Source: Octopus sinensis (lineage: Eukaryota). Taken from it: DNA of 64,000 nt. Made by a program: the position numbers and the translations under genes. Each line of letters starts with the position of its first letter. Positions within the stretch are counted from its first letter, which is position 1. Shown here piece after piece: positions 36,964 through 52,066 of the stretch. The notes beneath the pieces were generated by a model, which was given only the letters and a program-made list of their open reading frames with translations, was not told the origin of the DNA and did not search any database. The DNA is taken from contig NC_043004.1 in the NCBI RefSeq assembly GCF_006345805.1, positions 70,184,001 through 70,248,000 of the forward strand, in the 5' to 3' direction.

Positions 36964-37434
36964 TTTAAAATTACTTTTATACATAACTTCACAAAAAAAA
37001 AAGTACATATGAATATAAGTACGTATATATTTACAAAAAGATTAACAGCTCCAAAAACAACATTTGCTTCCTAAAATTGACACAGTTTAATGCTTAACGA
37101 TAGGATTACCACTGCAATCTGTCAAGAGTTCCATAGGGAGCAACTGAATATATAAGTGGTGCACCCTGAGCATTTCCTAAGGAAATGACAGTCTGGGTAC
37201 CACCTGCCCCTCTTTGACAGCAATGCTGTTTATACAATGGCCAACTAGTTTAGCAATAATAGGGTCATGGCACAAGCATGGCTGTGTGTTTAAGAAGTCT
37301 GCTTCCCAACCACATGGTTCCAGGTTCAGTCCCACTGTGTGGCACACTGGGCAAGTGTCTTCTGCTATAGTCTTGGGCTGACCAAAGCCTTGTGAGTGAA
37401 TTTGGTAGACAGAAACTGAAAGAAGCCTATTGTA

Positions 37435-37496
<62 letters not shown>

Positions 37497-38844
37497 AGTG
37501 TGTGAGTGTCTGTGTGTGTTTGTCCCCTGCTACCACTTAAAAGCCAGTGTTGGTGTGTTTACATCCCCGTAACTTAATGGTTTAGCAATAGAGATCGATA
37601 AAATAAGTATCAGGCTAAAAAAACAAGGAAGTAGTGGGGTCAGTTCATTTGACCAAAAATCTTTCAAGGCAGTGCCCCAGCCTGGCATCTTGAGCAAGTG
37701 TCCTCTACTTTAGACCTGGCTGAAACAAGTAAAAGATAAAAGATATGTTTATAGGGTATATACACATATTTTATAAATGCAGCCGATATTTCATCAACAG
37801 TACTGTGAGCTACCTTAACAGTCGTGCAAAGGAACATGTCCATACATACACCTCATCAGGGGGTCATTCTCTATCTAGGATGAAATGGTTTCCGTCTGAA
37901 TTACCGAATGGAAGATCAGAAATTTAACAATTGCTGACTGCCATCTTTTTTTTTAACATTTAAAGCATACCATTAAAAAGAGACAAGAGTTGCACAATGA
38001 TTCGTTAATTGAATATTCTCATAGTTTCTCTACGCTTCCCCCATATCCTGTATTTTTCATTTTTTGTATCGTGCCGGTGGCACGTAAAAAGCACCATCTG
38101 ATCATGGCCGTTGCCAGCCTCGCCTGGCCCCCGTGCCAGTGGCACGTAAAAAGCACCATCCGTCCATGGCTGTTTGCCAGCTCCATCTGGCACCTGTGCG
38201 GGTGGCACGTAAAAAGCACCCACTACACTCACAGAGCGGTTGGCATTAGGAAGAGCATCCAGCTGTAGAAACACTGCCAGATCAGACTGGGCCTGATGCA
38301 GCCTTCTGGCTTCACAGACCCCAGTTGAGCCGTCTAACCCATGCTAGCATGGAAAACGGACGCTAAACGATGAGGATGATGATGATGATATATTTTACTG
38401 ACTGAAGATTGCATATAAAATGTTTTTAGTTTGTTTTTACTTTGGTTTGTTTTGTTTCTTTGTTGGTTTCCGATTCTTTAGTTCCAACTATCTCAGTCAA
38501 TTTGATTGTTTATATTTTCTGTTTTGCAATGTTGTCATGGGCTGGAGTGGTGGTGGTTGGGGGTGGGGGGAAGGGAGAAGAAATATCTAAGGCAGCATTT
38601 TATGGCATGATGCCCTTCCTATTGCCATACCTTACCTACTTTTCATGTAAGGGATTAAAGGGATTTTAATTTTATTGGTCTTCAAAAGTAGAGGGTCACC
38701 AATTATGCGCAGAAAAGGAAGCAATTAAGATAACACTACTTAATTAACCTATGTAATATGATCTGGTGTGACGAGAAAATGCCAAACCAGAATGAGTGAA
38801 ACTTGTAAGTGACCAACAAGCAGCTTTTTGTGACTATGTTAAAG

Positions 38845-39250
38845 GTGCAGGAATGGCTGTGTGGTAAGTAGCTTGTTTACCAACCACATGGTTCCGGGTT
38901 CAGTCCCACTGTGTGGCATCTTGGGCAAGTGTCTTCTGCTATAGCCTCGGGCCGACCAAAGCCTTGTGAGTGTATTTGGTAGACGGAAACTGAAAGAAGC
39001 CTGTCGTATATATGTATATATATATATGTGTGTTTGTGTGTCTGTGTTTGTCCCCCTAGCATTGCTTGACAACCGATGCTGGTGTGTTTACGTCCCTGTC
39101 ACTTAGCGGTTCAGCAAAAGAGACCGATAGAATAAGTACTGGGCTTACAAAGAATAAGTCCCGGGGTCAATTTGTTCGACTAAAGGCGGTGCTCCAGCAT
39201 GGCCGCAGTCAAATGACTGAAACAAGTAAAAGAGTAAAAAGAGAGAGTAA
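38845..39250 (+). mobile_element. tRNA-headed SINE, young copy of the dominant family
   Basis: Near-consensus, CpG-retaining copy of the 317-737 element. Confidence 0.85.
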
Positions 39251-42200
39251 AGGATGAAAAACAAAAAGACTAATTTTCAGAGACCAACAATTTAGAGGTC
39301 ATGAAAAGAGACAATGTACTGATGCCATATTTGCTTTGCAATGTATAATTCAAAACTTCTTAGGGAGATAAACCAGTAGAAGTTGCAGCAACCATTGAGT
39401 TTGTAGATTTCCAGAAGGCTTCTGAAAATGTAGACAAAAATACTATGTAGAAAAAAAACAACAAAAAACATTATAGGTGCAGGTATGGCTGTGTGGTAAG
39501 AGGCTAGCTTCCCAGTCACATGATTACAGGTTCAGTCCCAGCGGGTGATATCTTGGGCAAGTGTTTTCTGCTATAGCTTCATACCAACCAAAGCCTTGTA
39601 AGCGGATTTGGTAGATGCAAACTGAGAGAAGCCCATCGTATGTATGTATATATATATGTATATGTGTGTGTGTGTGTGTGTGTGTATGTGTCTGTGCCCC
39701 ACAACTGATGTTAGTGTGTGTGTGTATGTGTCTGTGCCCCACAACTGATGTTAGTGTGTTTATGTCCCCATAACTTAGTGGTTTGGCAAAAGCGACCAAT
39801 AGAATAAGTACTAGGCTTTACAAAAAGTCCTGGGGTCAATATGTGTGACTAGAAAAACCTTTTGAGGTAGTGCCCCAGCATGGCTGCAGCCAAATGTCCA
39901 AAACAAGTAAATAGGGGGGAAAAAAAGGTCAGAATTTAAGGACTAACCGAAAAATTAGTAAACAAGGTGGCCACAATCTAATGACTGAAACAAGTAAAAG
40001 ATATAAAATATTGTTTCAAAAAGGTTATAAATTGTGTAGATGTTGAGTGAGAGAAACACTGTGTGCTTTGCTGTTGAAATTAATGTCAGACAGGGTTGTG
40101 TTCTGTCTCCATTCTGCTTTTGTGTTGATATAGATTTTAGACTAGGAAGGACATGGACTCATATGGGAAAATGACAAAATGTCATTTGATTTGGATTTTT
40201 GAATATTGTATTGTATTAACAGGAAAAAGATGAAGATAGTTTGCAAACATACAAACTCTGTAAAGACTGCAATTGAAAAATATTGGCTTACATGTTAATG
40301 TAATTAAGTGTAAAGCTATGAATGATTTTTGCCAGAGTGATAATAATGATCAAAGTAGATAATTAAGAAATGTCCCCAATTTTATTTATTTGGGTTGTAT
40401 ATGTTCTGATGGAGACAATGGCAGAGAAGTCAACCTCACCAATGGAAAAGCTGGGAATCATTTAGTAGACTTGCAAACGTCTGGTGCAGGCATGACTTTG
40501 CGGTTAAGAAGCCTGGTTTGCAACCATGTGGTGTCAGGCCCAGTCCAACTGCATGGCATCTTGGGCAAGTCTCCTCTAATTTAGACCTGGTCTGACCAGT
40601 GGATTGCAAATGAATTTGGTAGAAGGAAATTGTGGAAGCCCATCATATGTGCATCTCTCTCTCTTATATATATATATATTAAGCACCATCCGAACGTGGT
40701 TGATGCCAGACCTGCCTGACTGACTCCCATGCCAGTGGCACATAAAAAGTACCATCTGAATGTGGCCGATGCCAGTGCCCCCTGACTGACACCCATGCTG
40801 GTGGCACGTAAAAAGCACTATCTGAATGTGATCGATGCCAGGCCTGCCTGACTGGCTCCCATGCCGGTGGCACATAAAAAGCACCCACTACACTCTTGGA
40901 GTGGTTGGCGTTAGGAAGGGCATCCAGCTGTAGAAACATTGCCAGATCAGATTGGAGCCTGGTGCAGCCACTGGCTCTCCAGACCTCAGTCAAACCGTCC
41001 AACCCATGCCAGCATGGAAAATGGATGTTAAACAATGATGATGATGATGGTGATTTTAATCAGTTTCAGCTCAAACCTGTGGTCATGCTGGGGCACCATG
41101 TTTGTCTCCCCAATATTTTCTACTCTTGGCACAAAGTCCAAAATTTTGGGGGAGGGGGCCAGTTGAATAGATCGACCCCAGTACACAACTGGTACTTAAT
41201 TTATCGACTCTGAAAGGATGAAAGGAAGAGTTGACCTCAGCAGAATTTGAACTCAGAACACAAAGACAGATGAAATACTGCTAAGCACTCCACCCAGCAT
41301 GCTAACGTTTCTGCCAGCTTGCTGCCTTGTTTGTCTCCTCAATATTACTCAACAACTGGTGCTGGTTGGTTGATGTCCCCCATAACATAGCAGTTCAGCA
41401 AAAGAGACTGATAGAATAAGTACCACACTGAATATGGAAGGTGCCTGCACAGCATCCTTATCAACAACAACTACTATGTTACATGTTGTTTAATCCTGGA
41501 CCAGACCTGAATAAACAGACCTATGAACAAAGGCATTCAAGCCATGATCATTTCACCCTTGTCTTCTCATTCTGTGTTAAGGAACCTAGGGCTATTTTAT
41601 CTAATATGTTCTTCTGTAAATTGGTGGGACATTATATGAAGGAGATTTGATTACTATTTCTAACAAACCAAACAGCTACATAGAAAGATCTCAGTATTTT
41701 CAACAGATGGATACATTGAAATTCAAAACTAAGAAACATAAGCAAACCAATCACCCCCAACCCTGGATACACACACACACACACATGAATGAAAAAAAAA
41801 AGAAAAAAATGAATCATAAATACTGAAGAAATCTGTTTCCCATACCCCAGTAACAAAATCCTTTTGGCCCTGAGCCAAACCATTTTTTCCTGGAATTAGA
41901 TCTATCTAAGAAAGAAAACAAGAAAAATCAACAGAGCAAATTTTTCTGAGAGTATTAAAGGGGTTCTTTTTTATGGGGTGGGGAGTGGGGTTAATAATTT
42001 AGTCAAACAAGGAAAGGGTAGTATCCATGGCCTCATTTCTGGGTCACCCAGACCCTTGGGAGGATGGGAACATGTTATCTTCAGACTAGAGACCTAGCCA
42101 AGAAAATTGAACAAAGTGGACTCTCACTGAAGGCATCAAAAACACCAGGTGGTGGTATTGCAATAACAGGAAATGGTCTGACAGGCTTCCATACAGTTTC

Positions 42201-42521
42201 CAACAAAGCATTAGTCTAGTGGTTCATATAAGGAATGTCCATCAGGAGTATTGCAAAAGAGGCAGACAAAGTGTTATGTTTGATAATAATCCTTTCTACT
42301 ATAGACACAAAGCCTGAAATTTAGGAGGTGGGGACTAGTCACTTACATTGACCCCAGTGGTACTCTATTTCATCAACTGGTGCTCTTTTTCATCGATCCT
42401 GAAAGGATGATAGGCAAAGTTGACCTCAACAAAACTTGAACTCAGAATGTAAAGATGGACAAAATGCCAGAAAGCATTTTGCCTGGCATGCTAACAATTC
42501 TGCTCACTTATTACCTGAATA

Positions 42522-42919
42522 TCTTTATATATAAAAGTGAGGTTGTGTGCTGTCTGTCTCCTACGATTTAGATTCCTAACTACTCCCACATTTTGCGGTG
42601 CAGTTTAACCAAAAGCGGGTATCTTATAGTCGTGATTCATATCGAGCCCTTCAGGGTATTAGCGTGCGTCTACGATGAGTCTACGATTTTAAAAGAAAAT
42701 TTACCATCAATTTTTCCCATTTTTAATGCATTTTTGGCATATATAAGGGAAGTAACTCTCTAAAAATTTATTATTAAATCTCAGAATGTAAAAAGCTACA
42801 GTAACACTCCCGCCTTTGTGGTTAGCCATATTGAGATGGCTATTATACTTTACATCTCTAAAAATGCTTATATAGTTATTTCCCTTACAAACCCGAGCAA
42901 CGCCGGGTGATACTGCTAG
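42522..42919 (+). mobile_element. Non-autonomous Helitron, copy 1
   Basis: 5' TC, 3' GC-rich hairpin cccgagcaacgccggg then CTAG, inserted between A and T with no TSD. Confidence 0.85.
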
Positions 42920-43858
42920 TATTTTACAATATAAAGATGGTGGCTATGGCATATGGGATTGGTAGGAGGGCCAGGCCATTAGACATGTGTCTCATAGTCC
43001 CACTGGTGATAGGACATTCCCGAATGTCATGGGAATCAGTCTCCCTGCCTAATGGTTAAATAGACCCAGCATCTCAGGAGTAAGCTCAGGAAAGTAGGAA
43101 ATTCACTGAGTAATTTGTAAATTATCCAGTTGAAGGCAATGGGGAACCACTGCCGTAGCTTTCTCAAGGAACACCATGATACTTCAGAATTTAGCAAAGT
43201 GACCCATGATCACTGATGCCTGTGTAAAACATGTATGACACAGAGAGACAGACAGATAGAGATGCTCTTAGATTGTCCAATGCCATGATGAAGAAAGAAA
43301 GATTATAATGATGAAAACACTATTTTGTTTTCTTGTTTAATAAAAAGGAAGAAAGGAACAAAAACAATATCCAGTTATTTATTTATTTTTTTTTGTAAGA
43401 TGGCCTCTCGGTATTTGCTGGTAGGAAAACCACTGCATTAGTTGACCCAAAGACACTTGTCCAAGGTGCTGCACAGTGGGATTGAACCTGAAGCCACATA
43501 GTTGGATGGTGTACTTCTTAACCACACAGTCTTAGAAGGGAAAGAAAGATCAACACAGCCAGTTTAATTTTGCGTTAATAAGCAAAGTCCTGGAGATATC
43601 AATACTGTGTTCTCTGATCTAATTTCACCTGCCCCACCTATAGAACTGGAACCCGAGCTGCACAATATGTTTAAAGTGGCCCTACCCACTTTTAGCTCTG
43701 GCATCCTTCATTTCCAAACTATACTGACATCTTCACTTTAGGAAGCATGCTTGGAGGACAATGAAGGGAAGGATGTCTAACAGACATGTGTGTGTGAGAG
43801 AGATAGGAAAAAGAGAGGGGTGTCTATATTGTTGTAGTTGTCGGGTATGTTGTTCCTG

Positions 43859-43902
<44 letters not shown>

Positions 43903-44336
43903 GTTGCATCTGTGCATCTAATTAGCATCAGTTACTCTCAGCAGGATTCGTTTAGTGATAAGAGTTAAAGGAAAGGGAAACAGTATGCAATATATAACAG
44001 TGGAGTGGTGGTACCTTATACAGGAAAGTAGAGCATGGCTCAGTGGTTAGAGCTTCGAGCTCGCAATCATGAGGTAGTGACTTCAATTCCCAGACCAGGC
44101 TAAAGTGTTGTGTTCTTGGGTAAGACACTTTATTCCACATTGCTCCAGTTCACTCAGCTATAGAAATGAGTTGTGACATCACTGATGCCATACTGTATCG
44201 GCCTTTGCCTTTCCTTGGATAACATCAGTGGCATGGAGAGGGGAGGCCAGTATGCAAGGGCGACTGCTGGTCTTTCATAAACAACCTTGCCCAGACTTGC
44301 ACCTTGGAGAGGAATCCCATAGTCATTACCCTAGAG

Positions 44337-44555
44337 CGTTGTTTTTCAACCAGGGTTCCGCGGAACCTTAGGGTTCCGCCAGTACAGTCCAGGGGTTCCG
44401 CAAGAAGTCACAAAACTGCTAAAATTGGCAGTAATTTTCAATTCTCCTGTGCAGATATGTGCGCATAAGACTATTAAATTATTGCACAGGGGTTCCTCGA
44501 GCCAGTGGAATGTTTCCTTGGGGTTCCGCTCCAGCAAAAAGTTTGAAAAGCACTG
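44337..44555. mobile_element. hAT (Charlie-like) MITE
   Basis: 8-bp TSD CCCTAGAG at 44329-44336 and 44556-44563; imperfect TIRs c(gt)tgtttttcaa / ttgaaaagcactg; subterminal gggttccgc repeats. Confidence 0.85.
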
Positions 44556-47500
44556 CCCTAGAGCATTATAATATGGAGCTGTTTGTTCAGTAATATAGAG
44601 TAATGTAGTGTGTTATAAAACCTGGAGTGGTTTGTTGTATAATGTTTTATAATGTTGCAATATGGAGTAGAGTGTTATATACAGTAGAACTGGGTATATA
44701 TAATGTTGAGTAGAGCAATATAAAGTGGAATGGAGTGTTATAATGTGGAATGATGTGCAATGATACAATATGAAGGAGTGCATTATATAATGCAGATCAG
44801 TGTAGGTTGGAGTTATGTCAAGTGAACTGGAGTGTTATAATGTTGAGTGATATATTATGATATAATGTGGAGTGCTATGTGGGTTAATGGGATATAGTTA
44901 GTTTACAGATTTTGTTGAGATGACTTTCTTTCTCAACTCCTTGCTCGCTTTCTCACCCCCTTTTAAATTATTTTTTTTCAAATTTGCAGAAAAATGTCCC
45001 CAAAACAAATACTAATTTCCTTTTAGTTAAACAACTACAATCACACCCCATTCCAAAATGTCAAACTATTTCACAGGGGACACGATATTATTATCATCAA
45101 AAGTCTACGGAGAATGGTTATTTAGAAGAAAACAATGCATTGTTTCAATATTTAAGTATATATTTCCATATTCTTGCTAAATATTTACAGATTCTGAGAT
45201 GGAGACCTATTTTCCCTAGATGGTATTTATGGCTTTCTTAACAACTGTTAATTTTTGCAAATTGCTGAAATGGTAAAGCTACTGTTAGCAGTAATGAATA
45301 TCTGATAAAAACAATATTTATGTGTTTCCAGCAAATTGTAAGCTGAAGCAACATAAGCAATTGTAACTTGGATACAGATCACAAATGTTAAGCAATGCTA
45401 TAACTGGCCTGGTATTTAACGAGATAGTAATTTTCAGAAATTCATTTGTGCAATAATTAATTGACTGGTCTGGCATTGTCCTTGTGGTATTTAAAGAGTA
45501 AAGCTACTCAACTTTGAAGTGTTAGTTCTGACCCCAATAAGGTCTCATTTAAGGAGGCTCTGTCACCAAATTTATCTTTTACTTGCTTTAGTCATTGGAC
45601 AGCAGCCATGTTAGAGGGCCACCTTGGAGGGTCTTAGTCAAATGAATTGACCCCAGTACATATTTTTTTATTTAGGTTTGGTACTTACTCTATTGGTTTC
45701 TTATGCTAAACTGTTAAATAACAGGGATGTAAACAAACCAATACCAGTTGTCAAGTGTGGTGGTGACACACACATAGACATTGGGTCTACAGTTTAAATT
45801 GGAATGGGTACCTATGTATATATGTATCTGTGTATGTATGTATGTATGTATGTATGTATGTATGTATGTATGTATGTATGTATGTATGTATGTATGTATG
45901 TATATAGAGAGGTAGATAAATAGCTTGATAGATATATAGATGTTTGTGTGTGTGTGTATACATACAGTATACTACCAATAAATATAAGTTGCTTCAATGT
46001 TCTGTAAGCTCAACACTGTGTACCCAGCAAATTCTGGTGCCCTACATGATATACCTAGAGAGAGAGATGGGTGAAGAGAAGAACCAACCCCAGTGATGGA
46101 CTAGTATTTTGTCGAAACTATCAAAAGGGTTAAAAAACTAAAGCTGACCGTGACAAAATTTGAACTCAGAGTGCAGGGACTTTTAACACATACTGCAAAA
46201 ACCTTCTCTTTGGTACTCTACCAACTGTGTCAATTCACCACCTTAACTGATCCACTATAAATATGTTGAGTGTCACTTAAACCAACATAGAAGCCTTGTC
46301 CTAGCCAATCAACCTGCTAGAAACAGCAGCCAAGTCTCTTTCAATGTTTAAAACATAAATATTTAATGGCATGTGGTTAAAAATTTTGCTTCCCAACCAT
46401 GTGGTCTCAGGTTCAATCCCATTGCATTGACCAACCAAAGCTTTGTGAGTAGATTTCGCAGATGGAAACTGAAAGAAGCCTGTTGTTTATATGTGTGTGT
46501 GTGTAACCTTGCCTTGATATCATGGTTATAAATGAGCATTGCCATTATACAAACAATGTTGTTCATTTCCAGACTCCCATTAACGAATCGTCTGGTCATA
46601 AGGAATAATACCTTGCTAGAAACAAGTGAGTGTTGATGACAGGAAGAGCATCTGGCCATGGGAAAACCTTGTCGTGCATTGTCTTGTAATAGCGTTCCCC
46701 TGGAAGGGGTTAAGCTGGTTCCCATTGATTTCATCTCAATTGTTTTGTTGTGAGTTCATAGGTGTTTCAAGGGATGATCAGCAGCCACAAAAACATTTCC
46801 CATCTGTATTTGTAAGCCACCATACATGACCATTGGCAGGTCATCTTCCAACAATACCAGGAAGCTGCCAGATTCTGGAACAGACACCGTCTGGAATTTA
46901 CCATTGCCCTCTAGTTAGCCGAGTTGCAGTCCTAGCACCATCAGTGCCAGACGTGACTACCTTGGGTGGCCCCCTACCAGGGACTTGAAGTCCCCAACAG
47001 CATAGCTCTGATACTCAATTATTTAACCTTCCCACCATGATGAGGTCAAGGGTTGGAATTTGAAGAAAATCTGCCTCAATACATTCCATCTAACCCATAC
47101 AGACATGAATAAGTGGAGATTAAATGAAAGCCAGGAACTTTTCAGCACCCTCCCCTCATATGTGTGTGTGGTGTGTGTGTGTGTGCTTATATATATATAT
47201 ATATATATAGATAGATAGATAGATAGATACACACACACACACACATATATATAGATATATATAAACACACACACACACACATATATATACATGAAAAGTT
47301 ATTAAATAATGATAATGACAATAGATAGTGTACTCCCAGATATTCCCACCCTCTGCATCGTCACCCTGCCAAAAAAACACAGAATGATCATGGCTGCAAT
47401 GTTTTGATCAGAGTTGACCCTTGGTTAAACTACTAGAGAAACAACAAGCAGCAACTGCTCACCTAACAGAATGGATACTACAGAAGCAATAACTGTCATA

Positions 47501-48209
47501 GTAGAATTAATAGTTGTTGTTTAGAATCAGGCCATCAATGATTAGGTAGACCTATGGTCAAAGGCATTTAGGTTATGACTGATGCCCAACCATTTTTTTT
47601 TTCTGGGCATAATTAATCTTGAAGTCAACACCCTTTCTTTATGAAAGATGGTTAAATGTAATTTCAGAGTGACTTAGCTACTATTTTTAACAGGTTGAAC
47701 AACCAGGTGCAGGCTTCCTCAAGCAGCTTCATAAAGGTGAGATATTGTAAAGAACTCCAAGTACTAAAATAGTGCAGAAGGGTAAGCAACTAGACAGAGC
47801 CTAAAGACCTGAAGAAATTTCCCATTTTCTTAGAAGCAAGAAACTTAATACGAAAGAGGAAGAAGAAACCATCTATTCTTAGCTTTATATTCTGATACTA
47901 ACTTTAACCAAAATGATATTATCTCTATAATAAACAGAATGTTATCTTTACCATTACTAGAACTTACCTTCACCAAAATATTATCTTCACCATATGCTTT
48001 ATTCCTAATGTTACATTATTCTCATTAGTAATCCTTTCCCCCCTTTTTTTTTTACCTCATCATCTCCAACATCTGCTTTTCTTATTTATTGTAACATGGG
48101 TTGACAAAGTATGCAAATTCAAGCACTTGCGTCAATTGTTACGATAATGTAGTAGTTATCTTTAGAACCCACCCAAAAAAAAAAAAGAATACATGTCTAC
48201 TGCTCAGCT

Positions 48210-48428
48210 ACAATGGGATGCTGAAAATCTCTGGCTTTACGGGTATCACAAAAGGCCAGGTTGGAGGCCCAACCTTTCTAGTTCTTTTACAGGGCTTGGC
48301 AAAACTGAAGGACCACTGCAATAAGTGTGTGAATCTTAGAGGGGAATATGTTGAATAAAATCATAATTAACTGATCCTCCTGTATTTTCTTTTTACTCAA
48401 AGCCAGGATCTTTTCAGCGTCTCCTCGT
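48210..48428 (+). mobile_element. Mariner-derived MITE, copy 2
   Basis: Homologous to 15148-15369; encodes KCVNLRGEYVE*, TA-flanked. Confidence 0.7.
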
Positions 48429-51345
48429 ATATAGTGATAGTCATTCTAGCATTTCCTTTCACATGACAGATTGCTAGTTCAGTTATGCACAGTAATGCAT
48501 TGTTTCTCATAGCATGACGTAAGGGGTTTCAAGAATGAAAACATGGAAGTGTCGATATTGCTGTCATCATCATCATCATCATTTAAAACCTGCTTTCCAT
48601 GCTAGCATGGGTTGGACGGTTTGACTGAGGACTGGTGAGCCAGAGGGTGCACCAGGCTCAATCTGATCTGGCAAAGTTTCTACAGCTGGATGCCCTTCCT
48701 AACGCCAACCACTCCAAGTGTGTAGTAGGTGCTTTTACATGCCACCAGCATGAGGGCCAGTCAGGTGGTTCTGGCAATGACCACACTCAAAAGGTGTTTT
48801 TACATGCTACCTGCACGGAAGCCAGTCCGGCGGCACTGGCAGTGACCTCACTCAAATATTGCTTTTCACATGCCGTGTTTAATAAAAATTGTGAAAGTAT
48901 GTGGTCTAGTGCTTATGGTGTTTCACTCGTGATCATATGATTATAATTTCAATTCCCAGGCCAAGCAATGTAATGTGTTCTTGAGCTAAACACTTCACTC
49001 CATTCAGCTGTATATAAGTTTCGACATCCTATTCAAGGACGAGTGTTGCCATTTCAGTCACTAATTCTCCATAGAAACCAAGTTAAACTCTGGTCTTATG
49101 AAGCTTAGGTTTCATGACAGGTCTAATTAAAATTAACTCATTAGCTTTAAAGAATGTAGTTGTGTAAGGCCAGAACAATGTAAGAAAATACAAAGTAAAC
49201 TACAAAAGGAAGAGAAATCAGAACAAAGTTGCAGTTTTACCTTGTATTTCTATATTTCAGGGTGAACCTCCCCCACTTTTCAAGATATTTGGAAAAAGCA
49301 TTGGTTGGAAAAGGTTGCTGCTCACATGTGGATATGTGTAGTGTGTGTGTGTGGGAGGGGGTGACATGCAACTAGGCTGCTTCATGTAGTTCCTTCCTGT
49401 TGTTCATGACTGGTTTCAATTTGTTTATAATCATACCTCACAATGCTTCACCAAAACTAACCCTTTAACAATTAAACCAACCATATCTGGCCAAAATACT
49501 CTGCTTGTTTTATGTCCAAACTTGCCAGATCCTGCCTCTTTCTCACCTACCCTAAAATGTCATTCTAAAAGTATAAAATCATATCATCAAAATCTCAAAA
49601 CTAAGCGATTGTGCATGGTTAATTCAAAACAATGTGAATAAGTATTGAATTTGACAGAGTCATCTAATCACTAAAAGGTTACAAGAACTAGATACAAACC
49701 CTGTCTTCTCATTAAAAAACAATTTTAAAGGAAGTGGACTGGATGAATTGTTAGAATGTCACAAAAGTCACTTTTCAGTATTTCTTCTGGTTCACTACAT
49801 CCTGAGTTCAAATCTTGCTAAGGTCAATAAACTTTTTATTTCTTTGAGATCAATAAAATAAAGTACTAGTTGAGCAGTAGACAAGACAATATTGACTAAA
49901 CCCAAACCTTCAAAAGTTGCTAGCCTTGTGCCTAAATAACAAGTAATTAATAATGAAGGTCACTAATATTTTTTGGTAGGCAGAGCCTGGTCTCTGAAAA
50001 GTTGAAAACCACTGACATACAAGCTGCTGTTTAGCTCAAAGATGGAAAGCATTTTAATTGTGATCATCATATCCTTTTTGTATATCTAGGACTATACTAT
50101 TTAACATGTCTCTTTTTTTTTTAAATGCTAAGCAGTGAGTTGAGGCAGATTTTACTGCTATTTCTGGCAAGATGTGTGATCGTACAGAGTTTTCCACATT
50201 AGCTTATTTTGACAACCGTTAATCAAGAGAGGTAAACAGTGCATACAATGTTTATGTCCCACACTCCAAGACTAATGAGTTTGATGTGGTCAGAAGCTAG
50301 TCTCAATGTCTGCAGGAAGAATATAAACCGGGAGAGGGCCTGGTCTAAATGCTTGAAACAGAGTGAACTCTCAAGGATTAGGTGGTGGTGCTAAATTGAG
50401 TATTATTTTAGGTCTCTGGTTCAATAAAAACACCCAAGGATTCAGTTGTGATGCTGAACTAGGCAGCATGTTAGAATGACAACCTGATACTAAAAACACT
50501 CAAAGACTATGTGGTGAAGCTAAATTGGACAGAATGTTAGGCCTAATATCCAATAAAAGCAACAAAGGATCAGGTAAGCATATCAGGCTTACAACCCAAT
50601 ACTAAAGGTATCCAAGGCCCAGACAGTGATGCTGAATGATACACCATGATCAGCCTAAGCAAATTTCCTTCCAATCATGCCCTACCATCATAAATAAAGG
50701 ACATATTTTATAAAGTAATCTAAGATATTGTTAAAGAGTTTAGATTGTTGTACCTGGAATGTCTTTGATTCCTTTGATCAATGGTCTACTGAGTCAAGGT
50801 TGATCTGGTGCTAAACAACAACAACCTATGACTAGGCACAGTTTGAATTCATCAGTTTTAAATCAGAAATTTAAAATCTTAATGACATCATGCCTTCTAT
50901 AGACATATAGACTCTCATACAAGACTCCCTACTGAACAAAACATCATAGGGTTAACAAATATCTACTCTTCAGAACCAGTCATATTCATTTTCAGCTAAG
51001 TGGACTGCAGTTTTATGAAATGAAGTGCCCCATTCAAGGACACATGTTGTCTGGTCCCAAAATCAAACCCACCACTTATAACCAGGAACCCAACACCCTA
51101 AGACACCGTCACTGTATTTATATACATAATAATATATCTTGTTCTATGCATTTGATATGAGAGAAAGATAAAGACAACAAACACAAGTATTCCCAAGACT
51201 TACTATTTTAGAAAGACAGGAGTGATGTAGGCGTTTAAGAAATGTTAGTAGTTATGCAGTAAGCAGAGCAGAATAAGAATAAGAACAGACCCATCACCAA
51301 ATTATTTAGTGTCTTAAAAACAGAGCACTGATCCAGTTTACTTAC

Positions 51346-51420
51346 CACCAAGGCCTGCAGCAGCATCTTAGTGCTGATGTATGCAATCATAAGACTGGCA
51401 GCTGCCAGCCTTAAGCTTGG
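51346..51420 (-). CDS. Candidate small exon (PSLRLAAASLMIAYISTKMLLQALV), possibly 5' part of the same gene
   Basis: Strong donor GTG|GTAAGT at 51346, possible acceptor tcatgttatacAG at 51421 (or ctcctttAG at 51571 as a UTR/start exon); GC-richer island. Its phase-0 end does not join the phase-2 35221 acceptor directly, so another exon would be needed. Confidence 0.25.
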
Positions 51421-51956
51421 CTGTATAACATGAGAGGGATTTTCTGCGCTGTGTCATGATAAAAGACATATTTATTATAATACAATATTTTAGCAAGTCT
51501 TCATCAAAGAGAGGTTTTGGGGTTGGTTTTATTTTGAAGAGATAATGGCTGATTGTTTTAAAAGACAGGACTAAAGGAGAATAGTTTATTGGAAAACATT
51601 ACATTGTATTAAATAGAATCATTTTGAAATAAATGTTTCTTACTGTTTAACAACGATATTAAAAAGAAATTCAATTATTTTATCTAAGCTTTTCAGCTAT
51701 TGATTTATCCATCTAACCAACAATCTATTCATTTGTATATCAATCTAGTCATCCATCTATTTACAAGCCCAGTGCTATTGCGCAGTGTTCTCGTAGGGTG
51801 GTAAGGCCCTTAGGTGGTAGAGTCTATTTAAAAGGGGCAAACAAACTGCCAGATTTAATAAGAATATACTGAAGAAAGAAGAATTATATGATGCAAATTC
51901 TAATTTGTCTTTTCTTTAATAAAGAAAGGAAGGACACAAAATGCTTCACTAATATT

Positions 51957-52066
<110 letters not shown>

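Noticed and set aside
44575-44900. tataatgtggagtg-like periodic tract
   Set aside because: Decayed simple-sequence repeat with no discernible higher-order structure.
49241-49371. Possible linking exon on the minus strand (QPFPTNAFSKYLEKWGRFTLKYRNTR) with phase-2 donor AG|GTAAAA
   Set aside because: Phase would bridge 51346 to 35221, but there is no convincing polypyrimidine acceptor and the frame runs through a CA repeat; needs RNA evidence.
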